DNA of 56,630 bases from Minisyncoccota bacterium (lineage in GTDB: Bacteria; Patescibacteriota; Minisyncoccia; Minisyncoccales; GCA-002788555): NCBI GenBank assembly GCA_028716825.1, contig JAQUPA010000002.1, forward strand, positions 1 through 56,630, read 5' to 3'. Positions within the stretch are counted from its first letter, which is position 1. Each line of letters opens with the position of its first letter. The notes under the pieces are model-generated. The model did no database searches and was not told where the DNA came from. It worked only from the letters and a program-made list of their open reading frames with translations. Of this stretch, positions 35,670-45,060 are shown in pieces. Made by a program: the position numbers and the translations under genes.

Positions 35670-38600
35670 CTATTTTTTCTTTATTCCGAGCCAAAGTTCT
35701 TCTCCTCTTTTAAATTTCTTTCTTGCTTTCTTCTGCATGTCTTCCCGAATTGACTTTCGAATATTTGTAATGTCTGTAAATCTACCTTTTTCGTCTCTTT
35801 CTACATAAAAAATCTTCCCCTTTACTTTTATTATTTCTTTAAGATAGGGTGGTTTTTCTTTCTCTAAAAGGTCTTTTGCTAATGTTTCTTCTTTTACAAA
35901 GTTTTTCTTTTTCTTTAATATATTCGAATTTTTTTCATCACCCTTATAATGAATCTCAATAACATTTTCCTTGCTAAGACCGCCCTTTTTCCTCATTTCC
36001 TGGATTGCTCTTGTAATCTCCCTCAAAAAACCTTCTTCTTTAAGCTCTTTTGTGATCTTTGTATCAAGTTTTAAGGATTTACCAAAAGTAACTTCTTTTA
36101 CGTTTAATTCTTCTTTAATTAAATCTGATAATTCTTTTTTTTCTGCTATTTCTTTATCATTTATTTGTAAATTATTTAGTGGCTGACGGACTTTCATCCC
36201 AGCTTCTTTCCTTTTTGAAAGGGCCAAAGTAACAATTTCTCGAACTTTGTTCATTTTTTCTTCTAGTTTTTTGTCGATTAAATTTTTGTCTACTTTTGGA
36301 TAATCAAATAAATGTACGGACTCCTCTGGTATATTTTTATTTTTCAAATCCAAGTAAATTTGTTCGCTTAAAAATGGTACCATCGGCGCCATAAGCTTTA
36401 TTAGGTTGAAAAGAACAAAATAAAGAGTCTCTGCTGCATCTTCTTTCTCTTTCTTATCTTTGGGCTTTTGAAATCTTTTTCTTGATCTCCTAATATACCA
36501 GAGAGATAAATCCTCAATAAAGAAATTTTCTATCAACATGCTTGCCTTTGTAGAGTCGTATTTCTCAAGATTTTTGTTCACTTCATCTATTAGTCCGTTA
36601 ATTTTTGATAGAATCCATTTGTCTAAGGCGTTTTTACCCTTAATATTATTTATATCTAAGTTGTTTATCTCCTCTTCTGAAATATATGTCTTGAAAAAAG
36701 TGTAGCTATTTAAAAGATTTAAAAGTTTTCTTTTTGTCTCTTCCGCGACGTGATACCCAAATCTAAGATTGTAAAAAGGATTTTGTTTTACATAAATCCA
36801 ACGCATCACGTCTGCTCCTATTTTGCCTATAGCGTCATCAAACCAAATTGCATTCCCTTTGGACTTGTGCATTTCTTCACCCTTTTCGTCCACCACGCTA
36901 GCATACCCAAATATTGTTTTGGTCGGAGGTTTTTCTTCCAAAACAGTACTCATTACAATAAGAGAATAAAACCAATTTTTAAATTGTCCCGGAAAAGATT
37001 CACAAATAAATTCAATCGGGAACCAATCTTCCCAATATTTTCTGTCAGAGAAATAATTTAAAGTAGAAAAGGGCACGATTCCTGCGTCCAGCCATGGATT
37101 ACCAACGTCAGCAATGCGCGAGACTACTTCTTCGCACTTTGAACATTTTATTTTTACTTTATCAATCCAAGGTTTGTGGGGAGATTTCCCTTTAAATTCT
37201 TCCCATCCTTCAATTGCTCTTTCTTTCAACTCTTCTCTTGATCCAATTATTTCAAAATTGCCACATTTTTTACACTCATAAATCGGCAAAGCCAACCCCC
37301 AATATCGATTTTTCTTACTGATCAACCAATCGTCCATGTTTTTTAGCCAATCTAATTCTCTTTCAAGCCCAAAAGAAGGAATCCATTTTATTTTCTTTGT
37401 TATGTCTATCAACTCATCTCTTAATTTCTCCATTGAAATATACCATTCGTCAGCTACTTTCCAAACTAATTCTTCTTTACAACGCCAACAAGCAGGATAT
37501 CTGTGTAAGTATGATTTTTTGTTGAAAAAATAATCTCCGAGTTTGTTTATTATTATCTCTGGTTGTTTTTTTGCGTTTTTCCCCGTAAATTCTCCCATCC
37601 CCTCAAGATAATCTGCATTATCTGCTATTGGAGAAATTATAGAAAGTTTTTCTTTCTTTCCAATTTTAAAGTCTTCCTGTCCTGCACCAGGGGCAATATG
37701 CAATAGACCAGTTCCCTCCTCATCATTCACGATATCCCTCACGTCTACAATTGAATGAAAAGTCTCTGGGTTTTCTTTCTGTGCGTTTTTTACTATTTCC
37801 AAATCATCAAATGGCCCTTTATATTTTAAATTTAATAATTCTTCAGCCTCTATTGTTTTTATATTCCCTAACGTCTTTCCTAAATCCTGCATAATCCAGG
37901 CCTCAAGAGATAGTGCCCCACCATTTTTTTGCACTTCCCTTACTGGTGGTTTTTTCTCTTCTCCGGACAATAAAAATACATATTTTTCTTTTGATTTTTT
38001 ATCTTCCCAAATACCATATGTATATTTACTATTAATACCAATTGCAACATTTGCTGGTATTGTCCATGGAGTTGTTGTCCATACCAAAAGATAAGTATTT
38101 TCCCATTCTTTATTTCCCTCATTTATTATAGGAAGTCTAAAAAATACTGAATCGTGAGTAATTTCTTTATAGTCTTCTGTAAGTATTTCGTGCTGTGAAA
38201 TTGCAGTTTCACACCTTGGACACCAAGCAACTGTATCGTGTCCTTTATAAATCCAACCCTTCTCATCACATTTTTTAAGAAAATTCCAAATGGCATAATT
38301 ATTTTCATCTGACATTGTATAATAGGAATTTCCCCAATCCATCCATTGACCTAATCTTATTGATTGTTCTGTTTGAATTTTTGAATACTTAAAAACTCTT
38401 TCTTTGCATTTTTCAACGAATTTTTCTACTCCGTAATTTTCAATATCTTTTTTATTCTTAAAACCGAGTTCTTTTTCAACCTCAACTTCAACCCACAAAC
38501 CCTGGCAATCAAAGCCATTCTGGAATCTTTCATCAAATCCCTGCATTGCTTTGTAACGCTGAAAAACATCTTTATATGTTCTTCCCCAAGCATGATGAAC

Positions 38601-38747
38601 TCCCATCGGATTATTTGCGGTTATCGGACCATCTAAAAAAGACCAACGTTCTTTGCCTTGGTTTTTGTTTCTTAATTTCTCAAAGATATTATTCTTTTTC
38701 CAAAATTTTAATATTTCTTCTTCTTTTTTTGCAAAGTCAAAATTCAT
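35670..38747 (-). CDS. ileS: isoleucine--tRNA ligase
   Basis: PMGVHHAWG (HIGH-like) and MHKSKGN (KMSKS); editing domain; 1025 aa. Confidence 0.95.
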   Translation of the reverse strand: MNFDFAKKEEEILKFWKKNNIFEKLRNKNQGKERWSFLDGPITANNPMGVHHAWGRTYKDVFQRYKAMQGFDERFQNGFDCQGLWVEVEVEKELGFKNKKDIENYGVEKFVEKCKERVFKYSKIQTEQSIRLGQWMDWGNSYYTMSDENNYAIWNFLKKCDEKGWIYKGHDTVAWCPRCETAISQHEILTEDYKEITHDSVFFRLPIINEGNKEWENTYLLVWTTTPWTIPANVAIGINSKYTYGIWEDKKSKEKYVFLLSGEEKKPPVREVQKNGGALSLEAWIMQDLGKTLGNIKTIEAEELLNLKYKGPFDDLEIVKNAQKENPETFHSIVDVRDIVNDEEGTGLLHIAPGAGQEDFKIGKKEKLSIISPIADNADYLEGMGEFTGKNAKKQPEIIINKLGDYFFNKKSYLHRYPACWRCKEELVWKVADEWYISMEKLRDELIDITKKIKWIPSFGLERELDWLKNMDDWLISKKNRYWGLALPIYECKKCGNFEIIGSREELKERAIEGWEEFKGKSPHKPWIDKVKIKCSKCEEVVSRIADVGNPWLDAGIVPFSTLNYFSDRKYWEDWFPIEFICESFPGQFKNWFYSLIVMSTVLEEKPPTKTIFGYASVVDEKGEEMHKSKGNAIWFDDAIGKIGADVMRWIYVKQNPFYNLRFGYHVAEETKRKLLNLLNSYTFFKTYISEEEINNLDINNIKGKNALDKWILSKINGLIDEVNKNLEKYDSTKASMLIENFFIEDLSLWYIRRSRKRFQKPKDKKEKEDAAETLYFVLFNLIKLMAPMVPFLSEQIYLDLKNKNIPEESVHLFDYPKVDKNLIDKKLEEKMNKVREIVTLALSKRKEAGMKVRQPLNNLQINDKEIAEKKELSDLIKEELNVKEVTFGKSLKLDTKITKELKEEGFLREITRAIQEMRKKGGLSKENVIEIHYKGDEKNSNILKKKKNFVKEETLAKDLLEKEKPPYLKEIIKVKGKIFYVERDEKGRFTDITNIRKSIREDMQKKARKKFKRGEELWLGIKKK

Positions 38748-38833
38748 ATTCTTTTTGTAGAACTTATTTAAACAATTTTATCAGAAATAGAAAGAATTTC
38801 AAAATAAAAAGCGGCTAAAAGCCGTTTAATTTA

Positions 38834-38919
38834 TGCCCGGGGTGGGAGTCGAACCCACACGGAGGGTGAACTCCACCGGATTTTAAGTCCGGACTGTCTA
38901 CCAATTCCAGCACCCGGGC
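38834..38919 (-). tRNA. tRNA-Leu (anticodon TAA)
   Basis: acceptor GCCCGGG/CCCGGGC, anticodon arm CCGGA-CTTAAAA-TCCGG, long variable arm, T-loop GGTTCGACTCC; no encoded CCA. Confidence 0.9.
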
Positions 38920-38923
38920 AGTG

Positions 38924-38994
38924 AGGCGCGGATCGGAATTGAACCGATGTACACGGTTTTGCAGACCGTTGCCTAACCACTCGGCCACCGCGCC
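38924..38994 (-). tRNA. tRNA-Cys (anticodon GCA)
   Basis: acceptor GGCGCGG/CCGCGCC, anticodon arm ACGGT-CTGCAAA-ACCGT, T-loop GGTTCAATTCC. Confidence 0.9.
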
Positions 38995-39010
38995 GCCCTA
39001 AAATAATACC

Positions 39011-40027
39011 TTATTTCTTTTGTTTTTTCAATTCGTTTTTAAGCAAATGCATAACTTCCTTTACTGTTCCTTTGGTAAAAAATCCAGCAGCTTCTTTGTG
39101 CCCTCCGCCGCCCCAAATTTCTGAAATTTTAGCAACGTCAATCTCACTTGAGGAACGAAGACTTACTTTTATTTTTTCTTTCTTCAATTTCACTAAAAAA
39201 ACATATACGTCGGCTTCTCCAACCCTTGCAAGAAAATCCGGAAAAACGGGTGGTTCTTGTAAGAAAAGTTCTGAGGGTTTTTTCTTTTTATATATTCTTT
39301 CTCTTAACTCTGAAAAATCTTCATATGAAATCCAAGAGTAAATTATATTTAATTTTTTATCCCATTTTGCCCGAGATAAAAATCTTTCAAGTACTTTTGA
39401 CTGAAGATAACTTATATGATGGTAACTTGAGGTAATTTTTTTAAGATTAGCTCCTTTTTTAATAAGATCTACTATTACTTCTTTTATATCTTCTCTTTCT
39501 GGCAGACGCGTAAATCCTACTGTATCAGTAAAGATACCAACAAGAAGGTAATTAGCAATTTCTTTATTAATTTTTATTCCGGCCATCTTTAAAAAATAAT
39601 ATATCATTTCACAGACCGAAGAGGCAGACGCACTTACAATTTTTATTTTCCCAGTTCTTTTTCCAGAAATATGGTGATCAATTGAAATAACTTTATTTTT
39701 ATCAATAGAAAAATTTGCGGGGATATCGATTCTTCTCTCGTCCGCATAATCCAAAGCTAATATTAAATCAAAATCATTCTTTTTTGGTTTCTTTTTTTTA
39801 ATATCTTTATATTCTGGTAAAAAATCAAGATATTTGGGAGGCTGTGAAGAAAAAATATATGTTTCTTTTCTTAAACTTTTTAAGTAGCTATTTAAAGAAA
39901 GAAGACCGCCTATTGCATCACCATCAGGAGCACGATGACCTAAAAGTAAAACTTTCTTTGCGTTTTTTATCTCTTTCTCTAATTTTTTAAATTGTTCTAT
40001 TATTTTTTTCTCCATTTTTAATGACAA
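39011..40027 (-). CDS. DHH-family phosphoesterase (NrnA-like)
   Basis: APDGDAIGG, IDHHISG, GGGGHKEAAGF. Confidence 0.85.
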   Translation of the reverse strand: MSLKMEKKIIEQFKKLEKEIKNAKKVLLLGHRAPDGDAIGGLLSLNSYLKSLRKETYIFSSQPPKYLDFLPEYKDIKKKKPKKNDFDLILALDYADERRIDIPANFSIDKNKVISIDHHISGKRTGKIKIVSASASSVCEMIYYFLKMAGIKINKEIANYLLVGIFTDTVGFTRLPEREDIKEVIVDLIKKGANLKKITSSYHHISYLQSKVLERFLSRAKWDKKLNIIYSWISYEDFSELRERIYKKKKPSELFLQEPPVFPDFLARVGEADVYVFLVKLKKEKIKVSLRSSSEIDVAKISEIWGGGGHKEAAGFFTKGTVKEVMHLLKNELKKQKK

Positions 40028-40341
40028 AATTTATCGATTTTATATAAATTTTTTGCGCCTGTATCAATTTCAAAAAAGAGTCTAGGCACGTACTTCATTT
40101 TTAATTTCTTATTGATTATTTTTTGAATATCGTAAATATTATTTTTAATTTGCGAGAGAACATACTTTTCTTTTGTCTCTGGTATAACGGTAAAAAAAAT
40201 TTTACTTTTTGAAAAATTAGGAGCTGTATCTGCTCTGGTTACTGTAACAATACAATTATTTTCAAAATCTATCTCTTTCAAAATTATTTTTGAGATTTCT
40301 TCTCGTAAAAGGTCATTAATCCTTTGAAGGCGAAAATTCAT
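40018..40341 (-). CDS. rbfA: ribosome-binding factor A
   Basis: RLQRINDLLREEISKIIL N-terminus; position after infB. Confidence 0.8.
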   Translation of the reverse strand: MNFRLQRINDLLREEISKIILKEIDFENNCIVTVTRADTAPNFSKSKIFFTVIPETKEKYVLSQIKNNIYDIQKIINKKLKMKYVPRLFFEIDTGAKNLYKIDKFCH

Positions 40342-40349
40342 ATAAAAAT

Positions 40350-41834
40350 TTAAGTTTCTATAATTTCAAAAACTAATAAGATATCATCTTCTTTTATTTT
40401 TGTTTTTCCTTCATAGGAAATGCCTATCTCTCTTGGTGATTTCGCTTTTTCTATTTTCTTTTTTTGTTCCTGAAGTTCTAATATTCTGCCTCCTTCTAAA
40501 ATTTCCTCGCCCCTTTTAATCTCAACTTCTGATTTCTTTACTTCCCCTTCGATAACTTTTCCGCCAATAATCTGCCTATATTTTTTTTCTCCTCTTTTTT
40601 GGGTCTTGAAAATAATAAGCGGTTTTATTTTGCCAAGATCAACTCTTTCTTTCTTTTTCTCACGCATATTTGCCATTTCTTTTCTTATGTTATCAATAAG
40701 ATCATATATTACTTCAAAAGTTAAAATTTTAACTTCTCTCTGGGATGCTTGCGTTTTTGCAACAGCATTAGGAAAAACTCTAAATCCGATAATTAAAGCA
40801 TTTTCATTATCTGCTAGCCTTATATCGGAATCTGTAATATCCCCTACTCCTGTGTTTAGAATTTTAATACCTATTTTATCCTGAATTAAATCATTTAAAA
40901 TCTTTGATAAAACCTCAACAGAACCCTTGCAGTCTCCCTTGATAATTGTTTTAAGATAATTATCAATATCTTCCTTCTCTTTAAAAGGAGGTATATCTTC
41001 CTCTGTTTTTTTCTCTAACAATTCTTTTTGGGCATCATCAACAGAACTTGAGAAATAAAAACTTTCACCAACGCCCGGAACATCTTTAAATCCAGTAACA
41101 ACAACTGCTTCGCCCGGGATCGCCTCCTTTCTGTCTTGTAATTTAAAATTTTTCATTGCTTTTATTTTTCCAAAAGTAGTTTCTGTTTTTATAACATCCC
41201 CTTCTTTTAATCTTCCTTCTTCTATTATTAGGGTGGCTTTCGGGCCACAGAAAGAATTAAGGTGGCTTTCTAAAACAAACCCTTTGGGTTTTTTATCTTC
41301 GTCTGATTTAATTTCAGAGACTTCAGTCAAAAGCCTTAAAACAGAAAGAAGATCTTTTATGCCTTTTTTGGTCTTTGCTGAAACTTCGACAATAGGAATA
41401 TCTCCTCCCCATTCCTCAATTAAAACACCTGTATTTTGCAACTCTCCTTTTGCTTTTTGAATATCAACATTTTCTTTATCAATCTTATTTAGAACAATCA
41501 CAGAAGGAATCTTTGCTTCTTTTATTGTATTAATTGCTTCCTTTGTTTGGGGCTTAACGCCTTCATCGGCCGCCACGACTAAAATTGCAATATCCGCAAC
41601 CTTTGCTCCGCGCGATCTCATTTCGGAGAAAGCTTCGTGTCCTGGTGTATCAATAAAAGTAATTTTTTGCCCCTCGTATTCTATCTCATAGGCACCAATA
41701 TGTTGAGTTATTCCTCCCGACTCTTTATTTGTTATTTTAAAATCATCTCTAATCGCTTCTAATAAAGAACTCTTGCCATGATCTATATGACCCAAAACAA
41801 CAATAACAGGAATTTTTTTTGTTCCTTTTTCCAT
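40350..41834 (-). CDS. infB: translation initiation factor IF-2 (short form lacking the N-terminal region)
   Basis: GHIDHGKSSLL, DTPGHEAF, NKIDK; 494 aa. Confidence 0.9.
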   Translation of the reverse strand: MEKGTKKIPVIVVLGHIDHGKSSLLEAIRDDFKITNKESGGITQHIGAYEIEYEGQKITFIDTPGHEAFSEMRSRGAKVADIAILVVAADEGVKPQTKEAINTIKEAKIPSVIVLNKIDKENVDIQKAKGELQNTGVLIEEWGGDIPIVEVSAKTKKGIKDLLSVLRLLTEVSEIKSDEDKKPKGFVLESHLNSFCGPKATLIIEEGRLKEGDVIKTETTFGKIKAMKNFKLQDRKEAIPGEAVVVTGFKDVPGVGESFYFSSSVDDAQKELLEKKTEEDIPPFKEKEDIDNYLKTIIKGDCKGSVEVLSKILNDLIQDKIGIKILNTGVGDITDSDIRLADNENALIIGFRVFPNAVAKTQASQREVKILTFEVIYDLIDNIRKEMANMREKKKERVDLGKIKPLIIFKTQKRGEKKYRQIIGGKVIEGEVKKSEVEIKRGEEILEGGRILELQEQKKKIEKAKSPREIGISYEGKTKIKEDDILLVFEIIET

Positions 41835-41849
41835 AAAAAATATCTTTTA

Positions 41850-42326
41850 CTATTTAAGGGCTTGCTTTATTGACTCTTCTTCTTCTTTTGAGAGAGAATA
41901 TTCTGATTCGCCATTTTTAATCGGCTTTGTATAAACTCTTGTTCCTTCTTTTGAATGCAAAGAAGAAATTACAATTCCATCATCTTTCTGATCAAGTAAG
42001 GTTATAGCAAAACTTTGATTACTCCCAATCTCCGAGAAAGGATTAAAACGAACAACGCCTATTTTTTGAATTGAGTGAAGCGCTGACTTATCAAGTTCTT
42101 TTATTCTATTTAATGCCTTGTGTATCTTCTCTTCTGTTCTTTTCTGGTTTTTAAAAAGTTCAGAAATAATTGACTCAAGACTTTCCGCTTTTTTGCCCCT
42201 AAAAAAGTTAGTTGTTCTTTCTTTTTCTTTTTTTAACCTCAACTCAAGAAAAATGTTCCACAAAAGAAAAATAAAGATTACTGCAATTAAAATAGTACCT
42301 GTATTCTTTTCAATAAATTCAATCAT
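41850..42326 (-). CDS. DUF4446-like membrane-anchored protein
   Basis: N-terminal TM helix, coiled coil, C-terminal VGVVRFNPFSEIGSNQSFAITLLD as I remember for DUF4446. Confidence 0.5.
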   Translation of the reverse strand: MIEFIEKNTGTILIAVIFIFLLWNIFLELRLKKEKERTTNFFRGKKAESLESIISELFKNQKRTEEKIHKALNRIKELDKSALHSIQKIGVVRFNPFSEIGSNQSFAITLLDQKDDGIVISSLHSKEGTRVYTKPIKNGESEYSLSKEEEESIKQALK

Positions 42327-42413
42327 ATTTTACGTTTTGGTAGTAAATATAAAGCACCTCCAACCTTTAAATTAAATTAAATTCTATTGTATTTTGAGAT
42401 ATATTGCAAGGTG

Positions 42414-42497
42414 CGGAGGGTGCAGGATTTGAACCTGCGTGGGGAAAACCCCACCGGTTTTCGAAACCGGCGCTTTAAACCGCTCAGCCAACCCTCC
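42414..42497 (-). tRNA. tRNA-Ser (anticodon CGA)
   Basis: acceptor GGAGGGT/ACCCTCC, anticodon arm CCGGT-TTCGAAA-ACCGG, long variable arm, T-loop GGTTCAAATCC. Confidence 0.9.
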
Positions 42498-42521
42498 TTA
42501 AATAATTATACCAAACCCTTT

Positions 42522-42969
42522 AAAACGAGAAAGAGGAGGCCCGTAGGTCTCCTCGTGTATGAGTTAATGTGCTTCTTTGGCCCTTATTCCAGTCTAGGGA
42601 CCTGGAGACGGCCAATATTTTGAAGCAGCTTGAAATCATCTCGAAATCGCAAGGAGAAATATTTCCTATTGGTTGGGCTCACCTTACCCTTCAATATTTT
42701 ATCTCCCTACAAAATCAAGTACTGTTAAGTCTATCTGACTATCTTATCCTTTGCCTCCTTTGCCGCATGATATGTTTTTACCTATTCTCTTGTTTCTTTC
42801 TGTGGGATGCCTTGTTTTTGCTATCAGCGATTTTATCACTACTTCAATTATGCAATGTGCTATTTTGATGATTTTTTCTATCCAGAAAAATCTGGATCCG
42901 GTCTTCTCTAGTCACCGGAAAAGAACGGTAAAAAATCATCTAGGAAGGGGTTTCTTTTCCTACCTTCCT
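42522..42969 (-). ncRNA. structured non-coding RNA of unknown class (about 450 nt)
   Basis: Own promoter and terminator (GAGGAG.CC-TACG-GG.CTCCTC then TTTCTCGTTTT at about 42554-42522). Nested helices: AGGAAGG/CCTTCCT (42969-42963/42948-42942), an 11-bp GATGATTTTTT/AAAAAATCATC (42940-42930/42877-42867) enclosing hairpins TCCGGT/ACCGGA and ATCCAGA/TCTGGAT. No ORF with a start codon and SD. Confidence 0.55.
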
Positions 42970-42975
42970 GTTAAA

Positions 42976-43004
42976 ATTATATCAAGATTTAAAATCTTAT
43001 GCAA
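42976..43004 (-). promoter_or_regulatory. near-consensus sigma70 promoter for the 42522..42969 RNA
   Basis: minus strand TTGCAT (43004-42999), 17-nt spacer, TATAAT (42981-42976); predicted start near 42969. Confidence 0.65.
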
Positions 43005-43029
43005 TAGAAAATAGCCATTCCTTGGCTAT
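43003..43029 (-). terminator. intrinsic terminator of 43112..44224
   Basis: minus strand ATAGCCA-AGGAA-TGGCTAT followed by TTTCTATT. Confidence 0.65.
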
Positions 43030-43111
43030 TATAATTTGCGAGATATTTTAAAAAATATTAAATAAAATAAATTTAATGAGAGTGTTTCAATGATGGCATT
43101 GAACAACTTTT

Positions 43112-44224
43112 CTATTTCCAAATAATAGTATCGTATTTCCTTAAAGATTTATTACCCGCTCTATCTATATATTGAACATAAACATATTTTTTGCCTTTTT
43201 TTGAATTACCACCATATCTAGAATTGTTTAAACGCCAAGAGTATCTTCTTTTATACCTCTTCCAACCTGTCCACCTCCTTGCATTATTAGAAAATCGCAT
43301 ATAACGAACACCACTCCCCTTGTCAGAAGCTTTAAGATAAAGAGTAGTCTTTGCTGATTTGGTATATTTCGCTCTATTATTAATTCTGATTAAACCGGTA
43401 GGAAACGTTTTATCGTAAACAATAGAATCGGAACTTACAGAGCAAATATTCCCATGGTTATCTTTAAATTGAATATAAACTCGTTTAGTTCCTTGTTTGG
43501 TATTCCCTCCATAAGTTGAACTTGCTAAGTTCCACCTATAACTTGTGCCATACTTTTTCCAACCCGTCCACTTTGATGCATTGTTGGAAAATCGCATATA
43601 TTTTGTTCCCGATACAGCATTAATTCCAAGAGTTACATTTGGAGAACGAGTATATTTTGCTCCACTATTAATTCTCACAGAACCAAAGTAAACAGAAATC
43701 GCTACATTATCAACATCAAAAAGGTCTTCTGAGTAAAAAATTAAAGATATATTTCTTCCCTTGTTTTTTGTAATGTCTATGTAACTTCTTGTGTACTCTA
43801 AATTATTATATTTAATCCCTCCATTTTCAGTAGTCTTTATTGCTAAAAGTACATCACTATCTGAATCAAAAATACCCATGGCTGCACCTTTTTTATAAGC
43901 ATTCCAATAAACGTAATCAAAAGAAAATAGTATTTTATAAATATTCTGAGGAAGGGTTATTCCTGTTTGAAATATACTATCGCCAGGACTAAGACTTGCT
44001 AACCAATTGCCAGAAGCAGCCCATGCGGTGTTTTTTTCTATTACCCACCCTTCACAATCTTCATAATCTCCCCAATCGCAACCCTCAAGCCAACCAACAC
44101 CAGGACCAGATTCAAAACCGCCATTTACTACACTCCAAGTAGCAGCTTTTACTATTTTTGGTCCAAAAAATAAAACTGCTAAAATTGTAATCACCAAAAA
44201 TGATTTTGAAAAATTTTTTTTCAT
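43112..44224 (-). CDS. secreted protein: N-terminal jelly-roll/CBM-like region plus two tandem ~95-aa repeats
   Basis: Signal peptide; NGGFESGPGVGW as in CBM-like domains. Repeats begin RINSGAKYTRSPNVTL... and RINNRAKYTKSAKTTL..., each with YMRFSNNA.(K/R)WTGWK.Y. Confidence 0.5.
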   Translation of the reverse strand: MKKNFSKSFLVITILAVLFFGPKIVKAATWSVVNGGFESGPGVGWLEGCDWGDYEDCEGWVIEKNTAWAASGNWLASLSPGDSIFQTGITLPQNIYKILFSFDYVYWNAYKKGAAMGIFDSDSDVLLAIKTTENGGIKYNNLEYTRSYIDITKNKGRNISLIFYSEDLFDVDNVAISVYFGSVRINSGAKYTRSPNVTLGINAVSGTKYMRFSNNASKWTGWKKYGTSYRWNLASSTYGGNTKQGTKRVYIQFKDNHGNICSVSSDSIVYDKTFPTGLIRINNRAKYTKSAKTTLYLKASDKGSGVRYMRFSNNARRWTGWKRYKRRYSWRLNNSRYGGNSKKGKKYVYVQYIDRAGNKSLRKYDTIIWK

Positions 44225-44354
44225 TTTTTTAGTATTTTTATATGTAAAAAAGTTTATTCTTTTATTTTGGCACTATTGTAAAAAAAGTCAATAGAAAAAG
44301 CCCAATTTTTTGAGCTTCTCTTTTGTCGTTAGTCTTACCTTATTTGTTTAACTG

Positions 44355-44427
44355 CGGCCCCACGGGGATTTGAACCCCGGTTACCAGGTTGAGAACCTGG
44401 CGTCCTAGGCCACTAGACGATAGGGCC
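44355..44427 (-). tRNA. tRNA-Glu (anticodon CTC)
   Basis: acceptor GGCCCTA/TGGGGCC, anticodon arm CCAGG-TTCTCAA-CCTGG, T-loop GGTTCAAATCC. Confidence 0.9.
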
Positions 44428-44443
44428 ATCACTGATAAATATA

Positions 44444-45049
44444 TTAACCCTTTTTAAGCGTCTTTACAAGTAAAAGACCCGCCAAAAAACCAATTAAATG
44501 AGCTCCTGTTGCAACGCCAGGTACAGGATAAAACACTTGGAACAAAATCCAAATCACTAAAAATACTACTGCGGGAACTGAAAAAAATAAAGGGAAAACA
44601 AATACCAGTAAAAAAGATTTTATTTTGTGCTTTGGAAATAAAATAAAATACCCACCAAGTATTCCTGAAATTGCGCCAGATGCCCCAACTATGGACAATA
44701 ACTTTTCTTGAGATAAAAAAACAAAAATAAATGAAGCAAAAAAACCACAAAGCAAATAAAACAAAAGATAACGAAAACGCCCCATAGCGGCTTCAAGATT
44801 ATTTCCAAAAACCCACAAAAACCACATATTCCCAATTAAGTGCAAAAACCCTGCATGTAGAAACATTGAAGTAAAAACAGTATAAAGTTCTTTTCCGAGA
44901 AGAATGTTTTGTGGAATTAATCCAAATTTATTAACGATAGCTTCAAGGTTATTAAAAGATAAAAAGAAAATTATTGTATTTAAAAAAATAAGCCCGATTG
45001 TAACAATCGAGGCTCTGCTCGGACGATACTCGTCATACAAAGGAATCAT
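44444..45049 (-). CDS. rhomboid-family intramembrane serine protease
   Basis: HAGFLHLIGNMWFLWVFG, catalytic GASGAISG, downstream His (GAHLIGF). Confidence 0.85.
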   Translation of the reverse strand: MIPLYDEYRPSRASIVTIGLIFLNTIIFFLSFNNLEAIVNKFGLIPQNILLGKELYTVFTSMFLHAGFLHLIGNMWFLWVFGNNLEAAMGRFRYLLFYLLCGFFASFIFVFLSQEKLLSIVGASGAISGILGGYFILFPKHKIKSFLLVFVFPLFFSVPAVVFLVIWILFQVFYPVPGVATGAHLIGFLAGLLLVKTLKKG

Positions 45050-45060
45050 AAAAACCTATT

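Noticed and set aside
11961-38830. T-box or other leaders upstream of the aminoacyl-tRNA synthetase genes
   Set aside because: The upstream intergenic spaces of pheS, trpS and ileS are only about 60-85 nt and glyQS overlaps its upstream gene. This is too short for T-box structures, and I saw no specifier or T-box sequence.
42522-42969. RNase P or tmRNA identity, or a 32-codon GTG ORF (MSPTNRKYFSLRF...), for the minus-strand RNA
   Set aside because: There is no GGAAAGUCC / ACAGAA..GGCUUA pair and no tRNA-like end. The small ORF has only a GAAGGG 4 nt from the GTG and lies inside predicted helices, so I do not call it.
42387-43014. Three plus-strand ORFs (42387..42623, 42569..42868, 42751..43014)
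   Set aside because: The first runs through tRNA-Ser. All are antisense to a promoter/terminator-delimited minus-strand unit, lack an SD and translate to junk-like hydrophobic strings.
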